A DNA stretch of 64,000 nucleotides from Octopus vulgaris (Eukaryota), in assembly GCA_951406725.2 (NCBI GenBank), contig OX597833.1:59830001-59894000 (forward strand). The letters are read 5' to 3'. Shown here piece by piece: positions 52,293 through 64,000 of this stretch; the stretch's first letter is position 1; every line of letters starts with the position of its first letter. A program made the position numbers and the translations under genes. The notes under the pieces were generated by a model, which did not search any database, was not told the origin of the DNA, and saw only the letters and a list, made by a program, of their open reading frames with translations.

Positions 52293-52960
52293 ATATAATC
52301 CAATAGTTCATCACATGTCCATCTCCTAAAGAAGCAGTCGATCCTCCCTCTATTTTCACCTCACTGCCAAGTCTCCTTCCCTTTATAACAACAAAAGTTG
52401 GGGCAGGGGTGTGGCAGTGTTAGGTAAGTAGTATTTTACTGAACTGATACAGGCTACTGCCTTCTTAGACTCTAACACACATACGCACACACACTACTGT
52501 CATATGCAGTTTATTTATAGTATGGTGTGTGTGTGTGTGTGTGTGTCGTATCATGTGGTGGTGTAATGTGTATAGTTTGTTACCACTCTAGTTTATTTAT
52601 ACACAATACATGACAGAGTTATCTCACCTTTAACCTGTTTTAGTAGACCCTGTTTCATATGTGTGTGTGTATATATATATATATTTATATATAATACCCA
52701 ATCTTGAATCACTAGCTGTAAAATTTATCAGGGTATTCAACTCCTTAGGGGTGTTGAATATCTTTCTAGGATATCTAGTTCCTTGTGAGTCATCAGTTTA
52801 CAACCAATTTTGTTGCTTTGGACTGTGGGATGTTAGTAGTCAGTGTTATATGACGCTTTAGAAGCTTTGCTCATAGTGGCTCTGAACAGAACCTCAATTT
52901 TTAGGGGCCTTTTTTAGGACTCCTTGAAGGCCCTTCAGTCTTAATCCTTTCCTGATAATA

Positions 52961-53356
52961 TCTTTATATATAAAAGTGAAGTTGTGTGAGTGTCTGTCTC
53001 CTACGATTTAGATTCCTAACTACTCCCACATTTTGCGGTGCAGTTTAACCAAAACCGGGTATCTTATAGTCGTGATTCATATCGAGCCCTTCTGGGTATT
53101 AGCGCGCGTCTACAATGAGTCTACGATTTAAAAAATAATTTACCATCATTTTTTTCCATTTTAATGTATATTTTTTTTAATAAAGGGAAGTAACTCTTTA
53201 AAAATGTCTACGATGAGTCAACGATTTAAAAAAAAATTTACCATAATTTTTTTCCATTTTTAATGCATTTTTTGCTATTTTTGGGCTATAACTCTCTAAA
53301 AATGCTTTATAGTTATTTCCCTTACAAACCCGAGCAACGCCGGGCGATACTGCTAG
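52961..53356 (+). mobile_element. Non-autonomous Helitron-like element
   Basis: A|TC...cccgagcaacgccgggcgatactgCTAG|T. Confidence 0.8.
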
Positions 53357-53581
53357 TTTCTAATAAAATTTTCAAGGGTGTTCTTCGTCTGATGTTTGGA
53401 ACATAACAGAATGTTCTTACATAAAATTATGACAGCAGTTGTTAATTTCAATGTGAACAGTTTAAAAGAAAAAAAAAAATTTATATCAAAACCTTAGGTA
53501 TGGTCTCAGGTGTGTTAGTATCACAGGTTAAAAGGTAGGCCTTCTATTTGGAAACAAGATGTGGTGAAGATGTACACATAT

Positions 53582-53975
53582 AGGCGCAGGAGTGGCTGTG
53601 TGGTAAGTAGCTTGCTTACAAACCACTTGGTTCCGGGTTCAGTCTCACTGCGTGGCACCTTGGGCAAGTGTCTTCTACTATAGCCTCAGGCAGACAAAAG
53701 CCTTGTGAGTGGATTTGGTAGACGGAAACTGAAAGAAGCCTGTCGTATATATGTATATATATATGTATGTGTGTGTGTCTGTGTTTGTCCCCCTAGCATT
53801 GCTTGACAACCGATGCTGGTGTGTTTACGTCTCCGTAACTTAGCAGTTCGGCAAAAGAGACTGATAGAATAAGTACTGGGCTTACAAAGAATAAGTCCCG
53901 GGGTCGATTTGCTCGACTAAAGGCGGTGCTCCAGCATGGCCGCAGTCAAATGACTGAAACAAGTAAAAGAGTAAA
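53582..53975 (+). mobile_element. SINE family A, full length
   Basis: Head to tail. Confidence 0.9.
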
Positions 53976-54137
53976 TGTAGATACACACACACACATACAA
54001 AGGGACTGATGAACCTGAAGCCATGTAGCTGAGATGCAAACTTCTAAACCGCACAGCCATGCTTTTGTCATACCTGCATACATATTTTACATTGTGAATA
54101 TATGAGTGTGTGTGTGTGTGTGTGGTTGTGTGTGTAT

Positions 54138-54438
54138 ATCACCGTGACCAACCAGACAATCAGATGTTGCTACACTTCGCTGGTCACAATGCGCTTTGCA
54201 TTGCTTTAGCCTTCAAATAACGCCACCCTGCTGGCTAAGCGAGCAGGCCAACAGAAGAAAGAGTGAGAGAAAGTTGTGGCGAAAGAGTACGGCAGGGTTC
54301 GCCACCACTCCCTTGCTGGAGCCTCGTGGAGCTTTAGGTGTTTTCGCTCAATAAACACTCACAACACCCGGTCTGGGAATCGAAACTGCGATCCTACAAC
54401 CGCGAGTCCGCTACCCTAACCACTGGGCCATTGCGCCT
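54138..54438 (-). mobile_element. SINE with family D head and a different tail
   Basis: 54260-54438 matches 15357-15538; 54138-54255 does not match the family D tail. Confidence 0.8.
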
Positions 54439-54861
54439 GTGTATATGTATGTACATATTTCTGTGTGTGTACATATTTGTATGCTATGTGTTTATATAAT
54501 ATTTATCTGTACCTGTAATCTCCAGTACAGTTAGTTACGTCACTATCCACACATACAGTCTCAAAAGATTGGGGATTTTAGGTAGAGAAGGAAGCCACCC
54601 AACATAGGATTCTCAACCATTCCATTCTATGGTGTCCCTTCTCCTATCACTGACACTTTCTTTCACTGATGCCCCCTTTTTTTGTCAGCATTCTTTCCCT
54701 ATGTTTTGGAAAACATGGAAAAAAAAAAAAAAAGTTCAGCAGCTTATTTTAATCCTACAAAATCCTATATTGCACAATGGCTTCTTATCTGTATTTCATT
54801 GCATTATCCCATCCAGTATGTGACTCTTTCCAGATATTTACGTAAATCAGTGTGCTCTGTT

Positions 54862-55437
54862 CTCTTTTACTTGTTTCAGTCATTTGACTGCGGCCATGCT
54901 GGAGCACTGCCTTTAGTCGAGCAACTCGACCCCGGGACTCATTCTTTGTAAGCCCAGTACTTATTCTATCGGTCTCTTTTGCCGAACCGCTAAGTGACGG
55001 GGACGTAAACACACCAGCATCGGTTGTCAAGCGATGTTGGGGGGGGGGACAAACACAGACACACACATATATATATACATATATACGACAGGCTTCTTTC
55101 AGTTTCCGTCTACCAAATCCATTCACAAATCCATTCGGTCTCTTTTGCCGAACCGCTAAGTGACGGGGACGTAAACACACCAGCATCGGTTGTCAAGCAA
55201 TGCTAGGGGTACAAACACAGACACACAAACACATACACATACATACATATACATATATATAGATACATATATACGACAGGCTTCTTTCAGTTTCCGTCTA
55301 CCAGATCCACTCACAAGGCATTGGTCGGCCCGGGACTATAGCAGAAGACACTTGCCCAAGATGCCACGCAGTAGGACTGAACCTGGAACCATGTGGTTGG
55401 TTAGCAAGCTACTTACCACACAGCCACTCCTGCGCCT
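54862..55437 (-). mobile_element. SINE family A with internal duplication
   Basis: tcggtctcttttgccgaacc...accaRatcca is present twice. Confidence 0.85.
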
Positions 55438-55877
55438 ATTTAATTTTTTTTAATGGAAATTATTGAAGAAGGTGAGGACTTAATGAAATTAAGTTGGATC
55501 ACGGTGCAGTCATCATCTGGGCTGTGGTGGTGAGACAGAAAATCTTCGACTATGAGTCTAACCTTAATTTCAACTCCTCAAGTTGTAATTAAACTAATCA
55601 GCTATTTCTTATATCGATTGAAAACCCACAACAGACAAGAACTATGTGGAATATTCGGGCAGCTCTTTACAGCCCTGAACTGTTAAAGATTCAGTTTAGA
55701 GGCTGCTGCTATGTTGTTGAGGATTTTCTCATATTATTTATGAAAAAGTTACAAACAATTAAGTGTAAGATGAACCTATACAAAATTAAGTAAAAGGTTG
55801 TTTTAGTCAAACAATATTGGGGAAATTAACTAAAAGGAAATAAGGACTTCTTTGTTTACCAGTTGAAAATTTTCAGT

Positions 55878-55994
55878 GGGTTCAGTCCCACTGCATGGCA
55901 TCTTGGGCAAGTGTCTTCTACTATAGCCTTGGGCCGACCAAAGCCTTGTGAGTGGATTTGGTAGACAGAAACTGAAAGAAGCGCGTTGTATATT

Positions 55995-56055
<61 letters not shown>

Positions 56056-56164
56056 ATAAATATTAGGGAATCCAAATTTACAAGGAAAAATCAGATTTAA
56101 GATTGAATCCAATTTTATAGTAAAATATTGTTTGATTTGCATAATAGTGGTTTTGTCTCTAATT

Positions 56165-56215
<51 letters not shown>

Positions 56216-56433
56216 TGTGTGTGCATTTGTGTCTGTGTTTGTCACCCCAACATTGCTTGACAGCCGATGCTGGTATGTTTACATCCCCGTCACTTAGCGG
56301 TTCAGCAAAAGAGACCGATAGAATAAGTACTAGGCTTACAAAGAATAAGTCCTGGGGTCAATTTGCTCGACTAGAGGCGGTGCTCCAGCATGGCCACAGT
56401 CAAATGACTGAAACAAATAAAAGAGTAAAAGAG
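55878..56433 (+). mobile_element. SINE family A with AT-rich insert in its (TA)n
   Basis: Part of the 56050-56166 insert is the reverse complement of 5755-5795. Confidence 0.8.
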
Positions 56434-56794
56434 TCTGCAAACTTTATTGCCAATTCATTGCATCCATCTGATTCTACTTGCCAACCATCATCATCATACA
56501 GAGATCATAACATTCTTTTGATGCAGTTACAGTTTTGGCGCTTCGCCTCAATCCATTCACGCTGCAGAACACTGAGTTGTTATGCAGAACCCATTTTTAT
56601 CACATCACAACAAACAGATTATTATTCTTTTTTTTTATTTTGTGGCACAAAAGAAGCACAGAGCACAGTTTTTGTGTGTGTGCAACAGCCATCTGTCAAG
56701 TTTGTTTCGACTTTCCATTGTGATGTAAATGTTGAACAACTGTTAAATGGCCAATGTTTAGTTCTTCTACAGCCTCTCATTGTTTTATATGACA

Positions 56795-57348
56795 CTGTCT
56801 TGACTGGCTTCTGTGCCGGTGGCACGTAAAAAGCACCAACCGATCGTGGCCGCTGCCAGCCTCCCCTGGCACTTGTGCTGGTGGCACGCAAAAAACACCA
56901 ACCGATCGTGGCCGCTGCTAGCCTCCCCTGGCACGTAAAAAGCACCAACCGATCGTGGCCACTGCCAGCCTCCCCTGGCACCTGTGCTGGTGGCTCGTAA
57001 AAAGCACCAACCGATCGTGGCTGCTGCCAGGCTTCCCCTGGCATTTGTGCTGGTGGCACGTAAAAAGCACCAACCAATCGTGGCTGCTGCCAGCCTCCCC
57101 TGGCACCTGTGCTGGTGGCACGTAAAAAGCACCAACCGATTGTGGCCGCTGCCAGCCTCCCCTGGCACATAAAAAGCACCCACTACACTCACCGAGTGGT
57201 TGGCGTTAGGAAGGGCATCCAGCTGTAGAAACACTGCCAGATCAGACTAAGAGCCTGGTGCAGCCTCCTGGCTTCCTAGACCCCGGTCGAACCGTCCAAC
57301 CCGTGGTAGCATGGAAAACGGACGTTAAATGATAATAATGATGATAAT
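56795..57348 (+). mobile_element. RTE-tail retroposon with six tandem modules
   Basis: Six ggcacgtaaaaagcaccaaccgatcgtggc units, then the standard tail. Confidence 0.85.
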
Positions 57349-57769
57349 GTCTTAATAATGGCCCTCAACTGGTCACTATCAATCATGGACTTCATCGGTG
57401 ACCTTCTTCGTCTTCAAGACCGTCATCTTCACAAGAATATGTTTGACACCAGCTATACATACATTGATAGTCCCATGGTTAAATATTTGGTTGATATATG
57501 GAATTTCTGCTCCTTTGCATTCCGTTTTTAATTTGTACAATAAATTCTCTTGAATTTACTTTTCTCCCATCTTTAATTTGACAGCCTTTTAAATAAACAA
57601 GAATAAACAGTGAAAGTAAAACCCTTAACATCAATCAATAGACGGAAATGTGTGTGTTTAAAATATTGTATGGCATACAACATAGTTAAATAAAAAGTTT
57701 ATTCCAAGATAAACAGCAAAGTTTAAAAATAACAAAAAACTGCAACTAATTTTTGCACCAATGTTTTAC

Positions 57770-58045
57770 ACACACACACACACACACACACATGTATGTA
57801 TGTGTGTGTGTGTATGTGTGTATACATAGTGCTTCACTTGTTTAGTTGATATGAACCATTTTGATGCTGAAGCGCAGTTACAATATGTGTGTGTGTGTCT
57901 GTGTGTATATATATATATGTGTATATTGTATGTCTGTGTGTATATATATATGTGTATATTGTATGTCTGTGTGTATATATATATATATGTATATTGTATG
58001 TCTGTGTGTGTGTGTATATATATATATATATGTATATTGTATGTC

Positions 58046-58084
<39 letters not shown>

Positions 58085-59450
58085 ATATTGTATGTGTGTG
58101 TGTGCCTGTGTATATATATATATATATGTGTGTGTGTGTATGTATATTGTATGTGTGTGTGTCTGTGTATATATATATATATATATATGTATATTGTATG
58201 TGTGTGTGTCTGTGTATATATATTATATATGTATATTGTATGTGTGTGTGTGTGTCTGTGTGTATATATACATGTGTATATATATATGTGTATATTGTAA
58301 GTGTGTCTGTCTGTGTATATATATATATATATATGTGTATATTGTATGCATGTATGTGTCTGTGTATATTGTATGTGTGTGTGTCTGTGTATATATATAT
58401 ATATATGTGTATATTGTATGCATGTATGTGTCTGTGTATATTGTATGTGTGTGTGTGTCTGTGTATATATATATATGTGTATATTGTATGTGTGTGTGTG
58501 TGTCTCTGTGTATATTGTATGTGTGTATATATATGTGTATATATACGTGATGTGATGGTGGTGGTTTCTGTATGTGTATGAGTGGGTGTATATGTAGAGT
58601 GCACTGGTGGGTGGATGGGTGTGTTGTATGTAATTTATTGTGTATGCTGGTGTACATCCATGTATGTCTATCCTCCTCCTCCACCACCACCACAACCACC
58701 ACCACCACCATCATCATCACAGTTCATGCTTCTATCTAAATAGGGTGAAATCAGATCTGTCCGCCAGAGATTGGCGGCAAAAGCCATTCTTAATACATTA
58801 ACAATCAGCTTTTCTGTGTATTCCCTGTAGTGATGTAGGTTTACCCACCCCCCTCCGCTGGCAAATGCAAACCCGCCTCCACCCCCACCCCACCCCCGTT
58901 TCGCCCCACCCTCCCGGCTGCGGGGGGTGGGGTGGGTGGTATAAGATGTTGATCTCTACAGAAAGTCAACAAGTCTTCTTTGATAGCCATCTTATGAATG
59001 AAACACAGCAGCAAACACACAGGAACTGTGTGTTCTTTGACAATATTCCATCAACAGGCCACTACACTGTGTGTGTACGTGCAAGCATGTATGTGTGTGT
59101 ACCTGCATGCGTGTGTGTGTGTGTGTGTCTGTGTGTGTGTGTTTGTATCTGTTCTGTATTTGTATCGGATTGTGTGTGTATCTGTCTCCATCAGATTCTA
59201 TATGATTTTGTGTGTCTGGTTGATTGTGTGTATGTCTGTGTACTGGCACACGCCTGTGTGTGTGTGTGTGTTCTTGTCTGTGTGTGTGTGTGTTCTTGCC
59301 TGTGTGTGTACTGGCACATGCCTGTGTTTGTTTGTGTGTGTGTGTGTCTGTGTATGTACTGGCACACTTGTGTGCATGTGCATGTGTGTGTGTGGCTCTG
59401 TGTGAGATAGCGCCTGTGTGTCAGATAGCATACGTGTGCGTGTGTCTGCG
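57770..59450. repeat. Compound (TG)/(TA) satellites flanking a unique island (58720-59070)
   Basis: tatattgtatg unit in 57890-58540; TG-rich tract 59080-59450. Confidence 0.8.
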
Positions 59451-60756
59451 TATAATGTTCCATGTTAATTCTATTAAAAGAATATATTGCAATGTTTCTT
59501 TTCTTTTAATAACGAAAGACAGAAGCGACTGTGATTATTATGTCACCAGGTTAGTCACAACATGGCCGTTAGTAGTCAATAACTTGGTATTTGTGTCTTT
59601 ATTAAGGTTTGGAAAATTGCTTGACTCCAGTATGCTTGGCTGATGGCTGGTTCCACTCCTGCTTGTTCATGATCCACGCACCTCTACTGTAGTTACCATC
59701 ACATGTCCATATCACCACCACCACCTACCTACCTACCATCATCACATGGTCACACCACCATCCTCTAGCTACCCTTTCCTCGACTCCATAACCACCACTG
59801 CCACCACCATCATCCACCAGCATCACATGTCCATACTACCAACTACCTCTGCGTGACCTACCCCATGATGATGATGACGACGATGATGACGACAACCATC
59901 ACCACCATCCACTATACCATCGCATCGCATGCCCGGGGTCAACCCTGTTATGTTGTCTCGCCTCTCCTCTCTCTATGATGTAAGAATTGACAGACATGTA
60001 TTTACTGTTCCCTATTTTACATGTAAAATATTAGGTTGAGGTCACCACGAGGTGCCCCGCTTCCTTCCCCGTTACCTCTCATAAAACAGATGGAAATATA
60101 TAAAGCTTTGCAGAAAAACGCTATGAAAACAGCCCAGTTGTTTTTCTAGGTGTGTGTTTGAATAATAAAATAAATAGTTGTATTAATATTTCTCAATATC
60201 ATCATTATTAAAATCCCCCACCACCACCGTCATCATCATCATCATCGTCTTCATCGTCATTATTATTATTGTTTGTGTTCACATTCTATTTTGAGACATC
60301 TTGATTGAAGCTTGAGTCAAAAATAATGTTTTCTTTGATGTTGGGACATTTTTTCTTCTTCTCTTTTTTGTAGTCTGCTGCAAAACTTTATGTGAAGAGA
60401 ATAGTTTTATTGGATAGAACAGGGTGGGGATGATAAAGGCTGTTGGCTGGGTGGATGGATGGGTGGGTGGCTATGTGGTCGCTCAACAGGGTCTGTAATG
60501 TTGATTCTAATAGGGGCTCAAGGCCACACGTTTTGAGTAAGGAGAAATAGACCCAAATTCTTGACTGTTGCTCCATCATCTCTATCTTCAGAAAGATAAA
60601 ACAAGTTTCGTAGATGTAATAACCTCGCCATTTCTATATGTTCCTGCTTTACACAGTTTCCATCAGTATATTCTTTTGTCTCCAGGTGCCTCCATGTTTT
60701 GGGTATCACCAGTTACCGCAGCTCTTTTACTTGATTAAGTCAATAGACTATGGTCT

Positions 60757-61630
60757 ACCAACCACATGGTGCTGGGTTCAGTCCCACTGCATGGTACCTT
60801 GGGCAAGTGTCTTCTACTATAGCCTCGGGCCAACCAAAGCCTTGTGAGTGGATTTGGTAGACGGAAACTGAAAGAAGTTTACTCTTCCTAAATATAAAGG
60901 TGCAGGAGTGGCTGTGTGGTAAGTAGCTTGTTTACCAACCACATGGTTCCAGGTTCAGTCCTACTGCGTGGTACCTTGGGCAAGTGTCTTCTACTATAGC
61001 CTCGGGCCGACCAAAGCCGTGTGAGTGGATTTGGTAGACAGAAACTGGAAGAAGCCCGTCGTATATATGAATATATATATATATATATATGCGTCTGTAT
61101 GTTTGTGTGTCTGTGTTTGTCCCCCTAGCATTGCTTGACAACCGATGCTGGTGTGTTTATATCCCCGTCACTTAGCAGTTCGGCAAAAAAGACCGATAGA
61201 ATAAGTACTGGGCTTACAAAAGAATAAGTCCTGGGGTCGATTTGCTCGATTAAAGGCGGTGCTCCAGCATGGCCGCAGTCAAATGACTGAAACAAGTAAA
61301 AGAGTACTAAGGCGCCACCTTGAATGGTCTAGTCAAATAAATTGACCTCAGCACTTATTTTTTAAGTCTATCAGTCTCTTTTGCCAAACCGCTAAGTTAT
61401 GGTGATGTAAACAAGCAAATACTGTCATGCAGTGGTGGGGGACAAACATAAAGACATTCACACACACAGAGGAGATTCGACACAGTTTCCGTCTACCAAA
61501 TAAATTCATAAGACATTGGTTGGTCTAGGGCTTCAGTAGAAGATACTTGCCCAAGGAGCTATGCAGTGGGAATGAACCCAAAACCATGTGGTTGCAAAGT
61601 GAGCTTAACCTCACAGCCATGCCTATGCCT
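60757..61630. mobile_element. Family A cluster: 60757-60877 (+), 60898-61305 (+), 61310-61630 (-)
   Basis: Alignment by eye to family A. Confidence 0.82.
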
Positions 61631-61803
61631 ACAAATTTAGCCTCAGTCCCCCCTCCCAGCGTTACCAAAGCCAACATCCTTCAGTGGTTTTGTAAATATG
61701 GACATTTCTAACAGTAGTCAGTTCTTCCTAATGTTAACCACTTGATGGTGAGGTCATACTTTGGTTTGATCCAGGACAACACCTAATAGTTGTTGACTGT
61801 AGG

Positions 61804-62035
61804 GGTGAAGGCACATGGCTCAGTGGTTAGAGCGTCGGATTCACAATTATGAGGTAGTGAGTTCTGTTCCCAAACTGGGCTGTGTGTTGTGTTCTTGAGC
61901 AAGACACTTTATTTCACGTTGCTCTGGTTCTCTCATCTGTAGAAATGAGTTGTGACATCACTGGTGCCCAACTGTATCAGCCTTTGCCTTTTGCTTGGAT
62001 AACACTGTTGACATGGAGAGGGGAAGCTGGTATGC
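61804..62035 (+). mobile_element. CORE-type tRNA SINE, family C
   Basis: tggctcagtggttagagc A-box; cttgagcaagacacttt...ctcatctgtagaaatg CORE-like domain. Confidence 0.8.
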
Positions 62036-63066
62036 CTAGGAATCATAACCTAGGTGAGCCTGGTTCCCTTAGAATATCAGGAACTAACAGGCCAAAAGAC
62101 TTGCTTGATAGTTCTTCCCCTGAAGAATTCTTCTGCTGTTTGCTTGTCCCAGGGTGAGTTTGCATTTACTGTGGCATGGCAGGGAGTCAATTGAAACATC
62201 TATTTTGATGTCCAGTCTGTCCAAATGCCATCATTGAGAAAGCACATCTATGATAGTCAGACAATTATCTGCCCAGTTGCCACCAAGTTTTGGTTATATA
62301 TTTTGGTACATCAACAATCTATTTGCTGCCATTTCAGCCTCTCCATATACAACCCACACCAACGCAGTGGACATCAGTCACATCAATGTCATTAGTCAGG
62401 CAGATGTCCACCCACAGGCACCCCACAGTGGATATTAACCACATTTATAGGCCTTCCCTTCATAAATGTTAATCCCCCTCCTAACCTAACTTAGCACAAT
62501 AACTGAATCAACCAAACTGCTGTGAGACCAATCCTTCTCTGTTTCCGTAATAGTTGCCACATGTTTAAAGAAGGAATTCTTATAATGTGGTTTTTGAAAA
62601 TAGTTTTGAACTAAAACTTCAAGGAGACTGTTTTCGAAAATTTGATTTGGTGGTTTAATGAGGGGTCTGTTAGAGATAATGCAATTTCTGAAGAATTCAA
62701 CATCTTGGGTAGATTTCTAATGCTTCTATACAGTATTTGTTTATTCATTCTAAATTACTGCCATCATCATCATCGTTGTTGTTTTAACATCTAGTTTCCC
62801 GTGTTCATATGGGTCACTTGAAATTTGTTGAAGCAGACTTTTTATGGCCAGACGCCCTTTCTGTTGCCAACACTCACCTGTTTCCAACTGAGGTAATATT
62901 TCCCCATGATCAGACGTGTTTCACAGAGGAATGGAAACAAAGGGCATCTCTTGTGTCGTGGTGACACTTCTTTATGACTATCACACAATGTCAAGGCAAG
63001 TTGATAGTAACACTCCCCCTACCCATATATATATATATATATAAAAACCTTCAGTCACAAATGACC

Positions 63067-63367
63067 ATGTATGTATGTATGTATGTATGTATGTATGTAT
63101 GTATGTATGTATGTATGTATGTATGTATGTATGTATGTATGTATGTATGTATGTATGTATGTATGTATGTATGTATGTATGTATGTATGTATGTATGTAT
63201 GTATGTATGTATGTATGTATGTATGTATGTATGTATGTATGTATGTATGTATGTATGTATGTATGTATGTATGTATATGTATGTATGTATGATGTATGTA
63301 TGTATGTATGTATGTATGTATGTATGTATGTATGTATGTATGTATGTATGTATGTATGTATGTATGA
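63067..63367. repeat. Near-perfect (ATGT)n, ~300 bp
   Basis: Direct reading. Confidence 0.97.
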
Positions 63368-63368
63368 T

Positions 63369-64000
63369 GAGTGAACCGGAGCAACGTGAAATAAAGTGTC
63401 TTGCTCGAGATCACAACACACAGCTCAGTCTGGGAATTGAACTCACAACCTCACAATTGTAAGTCCAACACTCTAATCACTGAGCTATATGCCTTCACAT
63501 GCACACACTCATACACACACACAGACACGTATATACATATGACAGGCTTCTTTCAGTTTCCATCTACCAAATCCACTGACAAGGCTTTGATCACCCTGGG
63601 TCTATAGTAGAAGACTCTTGCCAGAGATGCCATGTATTGGGAACCTTGTGGTTGGGAAGCAAATTTCCTACCATTATATATTTCTTTACTGCCCACAAGG
63701 GGCTAAACACAGAGGGGACAAACAAGGACAGACAAACGGATTAGGTCGATTATATCGACCCCCAGTGCGAAACTGATACTTTATTTATCGACCCCGAAAG
63801 GATGAAAGGCAAAGTCGACCTCGGCAGAATTTGAACTCAGGACGTGATGGCAGACAAAATACGGCTACGCATTTCGCCCGGCGTGCTAACGGTTCTGCCA
63901 GCTCGCCGCCTTATCCTACCATTGTGGTGGAAGCACTCCGTCGGTAACGACGATGAGGGTTCCGGTTGATCCGAATCAACGGAACAGCCTGCTCGTGAAA
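63369..64000 (-). mobile_element. SINE cluster: C (63369-63498), A (63540-63672), B (63680-63912), D tail (63928-64000)
   Basis: Each is the reverse complement of a family defined above. Confidence 0.8.

Noticed and set aside
62072-62340. RT-like hints (FAFT, WYINNLF resembling YIDD) and a gtgagt donor
   Set aside because: Short motifs separated by stop codons; too weak without a profile search

Overview
AT-rich, repeat-saturated eukaryotic DNA, most likely from an octopus (inferred from the SINE repertoire and a mollusc-type 5S sequence). It reads as intronic or intergenic. No complete protein-coding gene is present, and almost all ORFs in the track are microsatellite or SINE artefacts. Contents: dozens of tRNA-derived SINEs in at least four families, RTE and CR1/L2 LINE 3' fragments, a mariner transposase remnant, Tc1/hAT/piggyBac-type MITEs with readable TIRs and TSDs, Helitron/Helentron-like elements, a full-length solitary 5S rRNA copy, large micro- and minisatellites, and a few unique islands that look like exons or promoters. 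The most striking hidden signal is a set of minimal type I hammerhead ribozyme folds in short Penelope-like repeats. They include a canonical copy inside a ~305 bp foldback, A6U and U4C core variants, and a copy whose C3-G8 tertiary pair is swapped to G3-C8. Family labels A-E and P1-P6 are my own working names, and the boundaries of degenerate repeats are approximate.
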